Shown: positions 23,592-35,688 of the stretch, one piece after another
How positions within the stretch are numbered: the first letter of the stretch is position 1
Layout of the letters: every line of letters begins with the position of its first letter
NCBI GenBank assembly: GCA_964016885.1
Contig: OZ024744.1
Location: 83,080,001-83,144,000 of the forward strand
Length of the DNA stretch: 64,000 nt
Reading direction: 5' to 3'
DNA from: Eledone cirrhosa
Taxonomy: Eukaryota
Position numbers and translations under genes: made by a program
Notes under the pieces: generated by a model
What the model saw: only the letters and a program-made list of their open reading frames with translations
Told to the model about the DNA's origin: nothing
The model's database searches: none

Positions 23592-25336
23592 GTGTTATAC
23601 TTTGGGAGGGTCATGTTGCCAATAAGAAACACACGCACCAGTTGCTTTCACTTCAATTTATTAAATTTCTGGTTGGTTGGTTGGTTCTATAACCGGATGT
23701 TTGTTCATATATTGTCAAAGTTCTTTCGTCACACATTCTGTGACTTCTTCAGTGACTAGGGATTCTTTTCTTTATTTTTATTTTGTGCCTCTCCTTTGTT
23801 CTGTCCTACGCAATCTTGTTTATGTGTGTGTTGTGTGCTTAGTTCGCGCATGTGTTACATCCGGGTGTCTGTGTGTTTGTGTTTTTATTTGTTTATTTAT
23901 TTGTTTATTTATGTTACTAGTTGGTTGTTTGTTCTATGTGTGTGTTTTCATTTTGTCCTTAATTGTAAGTTGTCATGTTGCTATTCAATTCATGTTTTCT
24001 ATTTAGTTTTGGTTGGAGTTCATTTATGTTTATTGCCTCTGGGATTTGTCTAAATATTGTGTCTTTTCTGTGTGTACATTCTATTTTTATCTCTATGTTC
24101 TCTAATTTGCCCTTATGTTCTATTTTAGAATGTTGGTGGAGTATTGATGAGTATTTTCTATCTTGGAGTTCTCGCCAGTGTTCATTTAATCGTGCTCCTA
24201 TGCTACGAGCTGTCTCACCTATGTACATTATATTCTTATTTTTACATTGTTCCTCAGTACATCTTATGCTATATACTATGTTTCTAGTTTTACAGTTAAT
24301 ATGGGGGCTTAGCTTACAGATTATGCATTTCCTATCTATACAGAGAGGTCTTTGAAAAGGGTATGTATTGCTAATAAGTGTTTTTATGGAGGTATCTGGT
24401 CTTTCTACTATCTTAATATTGAATTTATGTTTATCTAGGCCCTTCTAAATTTGTAAGCTAGTTCACCTCTAGGGGTTGTATTGATGAACATTACACTCTG
24501 GTATTATTGCTATCATACCATGATTTTATTTCATTAACTTTATTCCTAGTTCTATCTATTCTATTCCAAAAGTTGCTCCTATACAAGGGGCACGTCCCAT
24601 TTGTATCATTATCTACCATTGTTTCCCATTTTGTTCTGGCTTCTCTATATACTCTGATTTTATCACTCTGATTGTAGCCAGAGAACTGCATACGGTGGAT
24701 GAAGTGTTGTATGTGTCTCTCTAGTTCTTTGGGGTTGCACATGCGGGACACATTCCTCATCAACCTTACTAAATCCGCAATCAGTATGTTGATTTTGGTG
24801 TGATCCGAAACAGCTGAGTTTCGGTGGATCAGGTATTTGGAAGTCATGGGTTTGGCATATTGGGAATGGAGGATTTGTTTTTTGTTATTAAGGGTTTCTA
24901 ACCAGAGCTCTGTGTCTAGTAAATAGAAAACATGAATGGAATAACAACATCACAACTTATAATTAAGGAAAAATGAAAACACACACACATAGAACAAACA
25001 CCCAACTAGTAACATGTAAACAAACAAATAAATAAACAAATAAAAGCACACACACAGACACCCGGATGTAACACATGCGCAAAATAAGCACACAACACAC
25101 ACAAAGACAAGATGGCGTAGGACAGAACAAAGGAGAGGCACAAAATAAAAAATAAAGAACAGAATCCCCAGTCTTTGAAGAGGTCACAGAATATGTGACG
25201 AAAGAATTTTGACAATATATGAACAACCAGCCTGTTATAGAACCAACCAACCAACCGGAAATTTATAATAAATTGGAGTGAAAGCAACTGGTGCGTGTGT
25301 TTCTTATTGGCAACATGACCCCCCAAAAGTATAACA
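23592..25336 (-). mobile_element. 5'-truncated Penelope-like element with inverted pseudo-LTR
   Basis: RT thumb (YAKPMTSKYLIHRNSA, MQFSGY), CIDRKCIIC knuckle, GIY-YIG (NIVYSIRC..C..YIGETARS..RLNEH, RQIPEA); 23592-24004 is repeated inverted at 24921-25336. Confidence 0.9.
23714..23756 (-). ncRNA. Minimal type I hammerhead ribozyme in PLE pLTR
   Basis: gtca-CTGAAGA-a-gtcaca[gaatg]tgtgac-GAAA-gaac-TT-tgac; degenerate inverted copy at 25171-25213 (+). Confidence 0.7.
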
Positions 25337-25471
25337 ATATCAGTTTCAACACACGTTTTCAGATAAGGAATTTTGCTAAACAAACTCAGAAACGAAATAT
25401 ATATATATATATATACATACATATGCGAGGTTGTGTTTGTGCGAGTGTGCATTCACGTATATGTAAGTAAT

Positions 25472-25540
<69 letters not shown>

Positions 25541-25544
<4 letters not shown>

Positions 25545-28500
25545 TAGTCTGGACGTCTAGCACTTTGCTGGTAAGCTTTTGTTAATTTTGCATACAAAAA
25601 ACACTTTTTGTTAAAAAATACATTGTTTCGTAGGCTGAATTGTCAGCTTCGCGGTAATCTCACTTTTCGCCCAACGATAATGGCTAGCTAAGTGGAAGGA
25701 ACGCTAGCGAACGCCGATGAAAAAAATTGGAAAGACAGCCAGAGAATAACGTTGCTACAAGCTCTGCCTGTATAGACGTAACTATGGTGACAAGTAATGA
25801 AAACAAAGATTTGTTTCGCAATGAAAGCGAAAAATGCAACTCGCAAGTTGGACCACACTGCTACCAACAGACATCAAAAACCACAAAAAATGAAACAATT
25901 TACACAACTACAAACGAAAAAAGTGACAACCACAACAACAACACCAAAAAAATAACATTTGCACAAACAGTCATAAACAAACAAGACTTCAAGGTTCTCG
26001 ATATCTCCAATGCGAGACAGATGCTCTCTGAAGCAAAGAAATTTATCATTTTCGGAGAAAACGGTGGGTTTAAATTAAACTCACCCCCAGAAATTCGTCT
26101 TGAAACACTTCGAAGGACAGTTACCTTCAGAACTGTTTCAAACGAAACAAGAAAACCGGCATTCCTCAGTCAAGGGGAAATAGAAGCAACATTGAAGGAG
26201 GTTTTGCCGGATATAGACTTTATGCAGAGGGCTAGACAGTATGGGAAGTATTCAGTAATGCCGATCAGTTCAAAGAAATACACCTTTTTCCCTACTTACC
26301 TGGGAAAAAGAACCCCCAAAACCAAAACATCCAACATACCACCAAATATTAATATTTGGTGGATATTGGCAGGATTTTGAGAGGAGGGACAGGACACCAT
26401 CCTCTCCATCAAGAAATCAACCAGACACACGTGGTCAGGTACACATTTGGAGATTCTGGTTCAAATGTGGTCAGAGAGAATCTTCAAAAAGTGCTGGTGG
26501 ATGACAACAGCCACATAAATATTTCAGTTGAATTAAGGAGACCACACTGCTTTCGATGTAACAGTACATCGCATCTAAATACCTCCCGCCCTTTACAGAC
26601 ACACTTTAAAAAACAATAAAAAAAAATACTGTTACCAACACCAACACCAAAACCACCACCAGAACAACAACAACATCGTCACAAGCAAACACACCAAAAC
26701 AAACACCCACTCAAACAACAACAACAGAAAAAACACAAACAACTCCCATGAAGAACACAGTCCCACCCCATCCTACTCCATCCAACACTACCACAAAGAC
26801 ACACACACAAACACCATCACCACACAACATACCCCTACCGCACGCTCCTGATGACGATTCATCGTCAGACGAGGCTACTTCTCCATCCCTAAGTAAAGAT
26901 GAAGGAGAGCCTCGGAAATAAAAAAAAAACTAAAAAACAGAGACACCGCAAAGCCACATAAACACCAATCACCAACACAAACACACAACCACCAACACAA
27001 ACCACAACAAACCAAAACAACGCAACAAAAAAACAAACAACGATACACATACTTTAACACAAACAACAATTTGATGGAAGTCATCTCACAGGACACCAAA
27101 GTGGAAACTGAGGCGAACACTTTTGTAAAAGCAGACTCTCAACAACACCTAAAACTTATAAGGGTTTCGATAGAAAACTATCAGAAATTGAAAGAACAGT
27201 TTTCACACGACGTTGGCAACCACTGCCAAAAACCAATAAATCGTGACCTGTTGAAATGTTTCCCCACCGCACTCAACACCCCCACCAGAATTGAAATAGA
27301 GATTGAAGAACCCGATCTCCAGGAAACGAAAAGGTAAGTGCAACATTACGTCCTTTTTAGCCAACTCTTCTCCACCAACATGGCTGACTTACGAGTTGGA
27401 AGCGTGAATGTGTATGGCCTAGGGATAACCTGGAAACAGGGCCAACATGTAAACGACCTTAGGTCACACGGAGTCCAGGATCCACAACAGGCAGTAACTA
27501 ACCACTATCTTCAATGATTTTGAGATCAACGCATGGAGGGGGAGCGACTGTCATATTTCGGAAAAACCTGGATCTCGAAGTATAGCAAGTACACTTGGAC
27601 CCGGAGGGTAGACTGGTAGTCCTAGGCGTGAACAGTATTGCGGGTGGAGCCTTCAGACTGGTGGCCGTTTATGCCCCGACCGGGAAATCACAATCGCGGC
27701 CAGACTTCTTTAAGCGTCTAGAGTCTTTTCTGGGAACGTCTCGCTCCTTGCTTTTAGTGGGGGACTGGAAAGGTATCCTAGATGCACGATGCGGGGTGCA
27801 ACAGCCTCAAAAATCTAATCGATCAATTCCAACTGGCCGATAGTTATCGACGACTAGATTTCCCGACTGCACCACAGTGGACGTGGGAAAACCGCAGCAG
27901 GACATTTAGATCGTATCTAGATAGGTTTTTCCTAAGAGAGAAGGACAAGAAGATGTTAAGCTGTCCACAAATGCACATGGTTGCCTATTCAGATCACAAA
28001 CTAGTCGTCTGCATTGTCAACCATGATACATAGACAAGGACGCGGATACTGGAAGCTGAACGTGTCGTTGCCGACACAAAAAGCCTACACTGAACGGATA
28101 AGTAGTTTAGTTAAGCAAGAGTTGAGGGGATCCATCGTCAACAATAGATGGTGATACTCTCTCAAGAGAGCAATTAGAGTATAATCGATAGGGTTTAGCA
28201 GAGAATTAGCTTTAGAGAAAAACAAATCAGAAACAGAACTAGTAGCCGAGTTAGAAGAGGCGCTTAGGGGTGGCAACGCAGTTAGAGTGTTAGCATCGAG
28301 AATGGCATTGGACCAGTTCTTCGACGCGAAACACGAAGGCTGCGTGGTCAGAAGTAAATCACGTGCTCTAGGAAACGAGGGAGCAAAAGCTGTTAGCGGC
28401 ACTTTGCGTGACTCTTTCAGCAGAACGAAGGTGCACCGAACGGGGCAATCGACTTTGGTTCATACCTCGACGGCCTGCCGCGGTTCTCGAGCATGGACGA

Positions 28501-30845
28501 CGTGTTCTGCGAAAGACCGATCACAGCCACTGAGATACGGGACGCTCTGGGCGGGCTGCGGGAAACGCAAATCACTCGGTGTAGAGGGTCTACCCTATGA
28601 GTTTTACATAGGCATGCCGGACTTGTTCTCTGGCATCCTAGAAGCCGTCTACTGCAATTGGCAGCAGAACGGAAAAATTCCCAGTTCTGCAGGCAAGGGC
28701 GTAATAACGCTGATCAGGAAAGACGAGAACAAGAGGGACGAAATAAACAATTTCAGGCCCATAACTCTGCTGAACACAGAGTGAAAGATTTTGGCCAAGG
28801 TGCTAGCGACGAGGCTGGCGCTTGTCGAAAACCTGGTAGGGAAAGCGCAAACGTGTGCAATCCCGACCAGGTCCATACACGACAACCTACATCTCATGCG
28901 ATACATCATAGAGAAGGTGGGGTGTAAACCCGGCTTCGGTGGGGCTCGGGTCAATTTGGATCAGTCTAAGGCATTCGATAGGGTCGACCATCGATACTTG
29001 GAACGGTTCTCAAGGCAGCCGGTTTCGGTCCCGTTTTCAGGGGCTGGATCAAGGCGATGGCACACCAACATCTGCTCGAAGGTCAAGGTGAACATCTACC
29101 TATCGAAGCCGTTCGCAATCACGCGTGCCATTTGACAGGGATGCCCTCTCTCCTCCATTCTGTACGTATTGACTCTAGAGCCACTACTGTGGAAGTTGGA
29201 GCTTTTGCAGGGCATCCCTTTAGAACCGGGACTGCGAAAAGCGTCGTCAGCTTATGCCGACAACGTGACGGTAATGGTGTCGAAAACCTCGGAAATCGAG
29301 GTAATCTGCACCTACTACAGGAATACGAAAGGTTCACAGGAGCAAAACTGAACCCGGACATGTCTGTCGGTTGCAACTCGGAATGTGGAGAGGCAAACCG
29401 ATGTCGTCCGACAGCGTTGTCGGACGCTGAACAGAAGGACCAGTGAAATTTCTTGGGGTATGGTTCGGTACAGACCTCCAGGTGGAGAAAAACTGGAATG
29501 AGGTCATAGCCAAGGTATTTGCACTCAACCAGAAGTGGGGAGAGTGCAAACTGTCTTTGAAAGGGAGAGCGGAGGTGGCGAACACTTTCATAGGGTCCGT
29601 CATCTACTACCACTTGACTGTCGTGCCTTGTCCCCGTGAATACCTCACCAAGATGGAACGCATGCTCTTCCAGTTCCTGTGGAAGAAGAAGGCGCCACTG
29701 CTGAGGAGATCCGTCTGCTGTCAACACCCTTCTAACGGAGAGCTGGGCAAACATGCGCTGAGGCTACGGCATTCCAGGTATTCCTCACCGACCAACCGGT
29801 GGGGCACCGTTAGTGAGACAGGCCTTTCCACAACTTGCCTCGCTGACGGAGCTAAAGTCCTAGGTCAAGCGAAGACCGAAGAAGATGGGCGCCTGGCACA
29901 TTGAATGCGCCCAGGCGCTCACATTCCTCTGTCAAGCGGGCACAGAAATCAGTGGAAATTCTACTTCGACATTCTATAGAGGGTTAGTACTTTAGTGCGA
30001 CGACGTGCTCAGGGAGACTCTGGGCGTCAAAGACGACGAGCTCACCAGTCTGTTCGGTAGGACTTTCCGCACGGTACTTATGGACAACTTCCAGAGGACC
30101 CTGACCTGGCAGTGCTACCGAGGAGCTCTACCCGTTCGAGACAAGATCTACAGGCACGGAAGCCCCGGCAGGGAACCTTCCAAAAGGACGTGTCCAAGAT
30201 GCGAGCAGGACATTGAAACCGTCTGGCACGCAATTGTACACTGTCCGGGCGTAAATGACCCGTGGAACTATGCAGAATAACTGATGTCGCGTATGGGACA
30301 AATCCAGTTGACTAGTCCATAGTAAGGATCAAACCGCCAGCCTCTTTCAAAAACGAAAGAGAGGCGGTTTCTCTCTGTACAGTAGCTATGGTAAAAGAGG
30401 TTATATGGTGGACGAGATTGAGAGGACTGCGGACAGATGCCTTTCTCTCCGGACAACAATTATTTCGCTTCTTTAAGTATCACTTTAGAAGGAGAATCAG
30501 AGTAGAGAGAGAGGCATTCCACACCAGTATTTCTACTGAAAAGTGGGTGAAGAAGCGAAAATGGCCCGAGTGATTGGGCCTTCTCTGTTTATAAGCCTGT
30601 ACTTTAAAGAAGAGACCAAAAGGAAGAAAAGATCACTTGCACAACACGCTCCTGAAGTTATGGGTTGTTCTATCGACGGGGTATTAAACAACCCATTTGT
30701 GTTCTCCCCCCCCCCCTATTGGGGATTTCGATGGTTATAATTGTTTGTTTCAATATTTTTACACGAATGTATGTAAAATCCCCGGCATGTGTCTTTGCGT
30801 TGTCCCTTTTTCTTGAGCGCTCTTGTGTCAAATAAAGAAATCTAT
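25541..30845 (+). mobile_element. Near full-length decayed Tx1/L1-clade LINE, copy B
   Basis: ORF1 (TVTFRTVS, FFPTYLGKRT, CFRCNSTSH knuckle); ORF2 ATG 27380; APE (RLVAVYAPT, GDW, SYLDR, SDHK); RT (FRPITLLN, DQSKAFDRVDH, YADN); C-terminal CPRC..ETVWH..C; 3' aataaagaaatc. Confidence 0.93.
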
Positions 30846-30850
30846 CTACT

Positions 30851-31278
30851 GGGATGGACACACGCGTGAAACTTGCTGGGTAAGTTCTGCTTAAATTTCT
30901 ATAGAAATTCTTGACTGTGAACCTTCATTTTTATACCAATTTGTAGAGGGACTGCCAGGTTAAATTTTGATCTGGTCAGTGTCTCAAAATATTCTACGCC
31001 TTTAGGCGAAATAGTTCATAAAACATTTTTGGAAAAACTAACGTTTTTAAAAAAAATGGCTGCAGCAACAGCTTCTTCACCAACATTTGAATACGGAAAA
31101 GGGAAGATATGCTTACAGCTTCCCCCTTCCACTGTCATAGTAGCAGTGGTCTCAGACAAAGGTCAGCTAGAGGAAGGAATTTGTTCACCTGCTGATCAAC
31201 AACTTGACGTTGCCATGGCCACAACCCAAAACCAAATGTGTGAAACAATGAACAAAACAACACAACCAGCGGCACCAG

Positions 31279-31312
<34 letters not shown>

Positions 31313-34300
31313 ATGAACGAAAACATCACCAACAACAAGAACAATAACAACAACAAAAAGACCAATAACAGCAACAAGGAAGTAAACGACAAAATATCGT
31401 TTGCGCAAACCGTAAAGAAAACGGTAAGCTACACCCCGGTGGATATTTCAAATGCAAATGAGCTTTTGAATAACGCCAGACAGTACGTAACTTTTGGGGA
31501 GACGGGATCATTCTCCATAAACTCTCCCACAGATTTGCGAAGAGAAACTGCTTTGAAAACTGTGGTTTTCAGGACAGTCTCAAACAAAACCCGAAAACCG
31601 ACTCAACTTTCACAAGGGGAAATTCAGTTGGTTTTAAAAGATGCCTTAAAAGACATTGCTTTCATTCAGAAGGGTAGACACTACGGGAGTTTATCTATTC
31701 TGATGAAAGACCAATTGACGGTACAGAAATATTCTGTGTCGCCAATTGTGTCACCGCTGTTCACCTTTTTCCCCACTTACATGGGGAAAAGAACAGAGAA
31801 AATAAAAATCCAAAGTATCACACCAAATACTGATATTTGGTGGGTACTATGTGGATTTTAAAACCTCCATAAAGACTCGATATCGGAACTAGCCTGGAAA
31901 TTCTGGTCCAAATGACACCAGGATGAATAGCTAGGTTCCCGGAACGTGTGCTGCTGGATGGGCTTATATACATAAACATTTCGGTCAAGGGTTGGCGGCC
32001 CTCATGTTACCACTGCTTAAGGAGGGGTCACTTGAGAGCTTCCTGTCCTCGGCTAACTAGCCAATAAAAGCACTACTGCCAATACCTGCAACAGCAGCAC
32101 AACAATCACCACCACCACCACCACAACAACAACATAAACAAATAGTGACAACAAAACAAACGACAAATACAGTCCCATCCAACCCCTCCCTACTTAAAAC
32201 AACTCCAGAAATACCCACACACATAACAGCTCCCCAAAATGTACCCCTCCCCAACAACACGGATGAGGCCTCATCATCGTCACCCAGTGACGATAAGGGA
32301 GAGCCTTTACGACCATTAAAAAGAAAAAAAGAAAAGACATAACACAAACAAAAATGCAACAAACACACAAACACCAACACAAGCGACACAAACAGCACAA
32401 ACAAAAACAGCTCCTCCTGAAAACAAAACACATACAACAAAACGTAAACACACACAAGAACCACAGACGAAAAGCAACACAACACAACAAAAATGTTACA
32501 CCTACATAAATACTAACAATAAAACTTTAACAGACACCATATATAAAATCCCTTCGGTGGAGACCGAAGGGAAAACTTTTACACACTCTTCGGAGAATCC
32601 TAATCTTAAAATGATTAGGATCTCCATGGACACACATAAACAGTTAAAAGGAAAATTCCCTAACGACGTAGGTAACCCCTGCGTCAAACCCTACAATCGA
32701 GTCCTGTTAAAATATTTCCCCACCTCCACCTCAGACACCCCACCCAGACACCCCCATCCCACCAGACACCCCATCCCCACTAAACATCTCCGTCCCCACC
32801 CCGCCAGAAACCTCCACCCCCACCAAACAACCCCTTCAACACCCCATGGAAATTGTGCAGCCTGGTCCCCTGGAGATGAAGAGGTCAGTGATTTCTTTTC
32901 CTCTTCTTTTAACGTTTCAGCACCAACATGGCCAATATAAGAGTCGGATGCATGAATGCACGCGGCCTGGGGATGCCCTGGAAACAGGGCAAGCTCTTAA
33001 ACGGCCTCAGGTCGCACAGTATGGATGTAGTAGCCATTTGCGAGTCCAGGATCCACAGCGAGTGACAACTGGCCCCCATCTTAGGCGACTTTGAGTTCTA
33101 CACATCTCTCTGTCAGCCGGGAGATGGGGGCGAAGATGCCGTTTTGCTGTGAAAACACCTGGACCTCGTAACACTGACGGTACATCTGGATCCGGAGGGT
33201 CGATTGGTGGTCCTAGACGTTGACGGTAGTGAAGGTGGAGCCTTCTGGCTGGTGGCCGCATATGCCCCATCGGGGAACCGCGGCGAGACTTCTTCAAACG
33301 TCTAGAGACTTTTCTGGGAACGTCCCGCTCCTTGCCGTTAAAGGGGGACTGGAATGGAATCGTAGATGTACGTTGGGACTATGTGGGAGCGTGTCCCGAT
33401 AGAGGGGATGTATCAGCCTCAAACAGTTAATCGGCCGATTTCAACTGGTCGATAGATAGAGACTAGATTGTCCGACTGTGCCACTATGGACGTGGACCAA
33501 CCATAGCGGGACATCTAGATCGTACCTAGATAGGTTTCTAGTTAGAGTTAGTGATAGGGACATGTTAAGCTGTCCATAAATGTCCATGGTTGCCTATTCA
33601 GATAATAAACTAGTGACCTGCATAGTCAACCTTGCTAGAACCCATACACAGGGACCCGGTTACTGGAAGCTTAACTTGTCGTTACCGACATGCAAAGCCT
33701 ACAGTAAACGGATTAGCACTTTAGTTAAGCAACACTTGATGGGGGCCATTGTCAACAAGAGATGGTGGTACTCTCTCAAGAGGGCAGTTTGATTAGACTC
33801 GATAGGTTTTAGTAAAGAATTAGTGTTAGATAGAAATAAGACCGAAAAGTAAGTGCTAGATAAAGTAGAAGAGGCACTTAGGAGTGGCAACGTAGCCAGC
33901 GTGCTAGCGACGAGAACGTCCTTGGACCAGTTCTTCGACGCAAAGCACGAATGCTGCGTTGTCAGGAGCAAAATACGTGCTCTGGGAAACGAGGTAGCCA
34001 AAGCTGTTAGCTGGGCCCGAGTGACGGATGCGAAAAGTGGCAACAAGTTCACGATTTGTTCTTTGAAGGACCAAGACGGATGCGTGATACGTGAGCCGAA
34101 GCAGATGTTCGCGGCCTTTCACCGGCACTTTGCTCAACTGTTCGGCAAGGGCGGCGCGCCGGGATGGGCTATAGATTTCGGTCCATACTTCGAAGGCCGA
34201 AATTGGCCTTTCGCAGAACTTTGCCTCGCTGTCCGAGAGTCGCGGCAGGCCGTCGAGGTATGGACCGAAATCTATAACCCATCCACGACTCGTCTCACTG

Positions 34301-35122
34301 ACCGAGCTGCAGTCCTGCGTCAAGCAAAGACCGAGGAAAATGGGCGACTGGCACATCGAATGTGCTCAGGCGCTCACAGTCCTCTGGCAAACGGACCCGG
34401 CGATCAGTGGAGACTCCACTTCTTCATTCTATAGAGAGTTGGGCCACAGCAAGTGCGACGACGCGCTCGGAGAAACTCTGGGCGTAGAGGAGGACGAACT
34501 GGCCAGTTTGTTCGGTAGGACCTTCTGCCCGGGACCGATGGACAACTTCCAAAAGTCCTTGGCCTGGCAGTAGAACGACTATTGTCGCGGGTGAGACCGA
34601 GTCCATTGTCATGATAAAACCGCATCCTCCTTCAAACACGAAGGAGAGGCTGTTTTCCTATGTGTTATGGCTATGTTAAAAGAGGTTATATGGTGGACGA
34701 GGTTAAAAGGGCTGAGGTCAGACACCTTTCTCTCCGGCAAACAACTGATTCGTTTTTTCAAATATCATTTCGGAAGAAGAATCAGGATGGTGAGAGAGGT
34801 GCTGTACCCCAGCAAATTTTATGAAAGGTGGGTGAATGTGGCAAAGATGGCCCGAGTGGTTGGGCCTTCTCTCTATACGTATAAGCCTGTAGGTTGAAGA
34901 AAAAGAGAAAGAGAGGAAGGGAGTACTCACTCTTGGTGCTTCTGGAGATGAGGGTTGTACATTTTTTCGGGGTGTGTACGACCTCTGTGTAACGCCTCCC
35001 CCCTATTGGGGATTTCAATTGTTATTTGTTGTCTTATTAACAGTTTTATTTTCATATACCTGTATGTAAACTCCCCATTTGTATTTGACCCCTTCATTTG
35101 TGCCCTTGTGGCTAATAAAGAA

Positions 35123-35124
<2 letters not shown>
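30851..35124 (+). mobile_element. Decayed Tx1/L1-clade LINE, copy C, with RT core deleted and internal inversion
   Basis: ORF1 with CYHCLRRGHLRASC knuckle; ORF2 ATG 32928; APE; GPGYWKLN; jumps to the post-RT region at about 34285; 3' gcccttgtggctaataaagaaa then (TA)n. Confidence 0.92.
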
Positions 35125-35163
<39 letters not shown>

Positions 35164-35688
35164 TAAGAGGAATTCCAACTTTGTCTGATTTACTCGTTTT
35201 ATTTACAATCCTTTAAAATATATATAATGGTATTATAATGAAATAGTATGATAGAATATTAAATTCTAAGTGTTAATTGAACAAGTACTTTCATGCTTTC
35301 GCAATCTTCAGGTTCATATGTGGTGACAGTCGAGTTTGCAATTTTCAACTGTAATGAGATGGGTAAATTTCCTACCTTTTATACATTTTATACAGAGAAA
35401 AGTGGCTCCAGAATGCAAAGCCCTGTAAACTGTATTACGACCAATCAGTGTGTAGTTTCACTGAATTACTACAGCTGATTGGTTTAAGCGTCACGGCTGG
35501 TTGAGCATGCTAACGACCAATAGTCATATCCAACGTATCAATTGTTTTGCTTTTTTGAAATGATGAAAATAGCATTTTCTATTAATCATCACCATCAACA
35601 TCACTTTTATTATTATTATTATTGTTGTTGTTGTTGTTGTTAGTGGTCGTGGTCATAGTGGTAGTAGAAGTAATACCCCTAGGCGTTA

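Noticed and set aside
23959-24500. Selenocysteine-coding PLE
   Set aside because: All knuckle and GIY-YIG cysteines read here are TGT/TGC; no in-frame TGA at Cys positions
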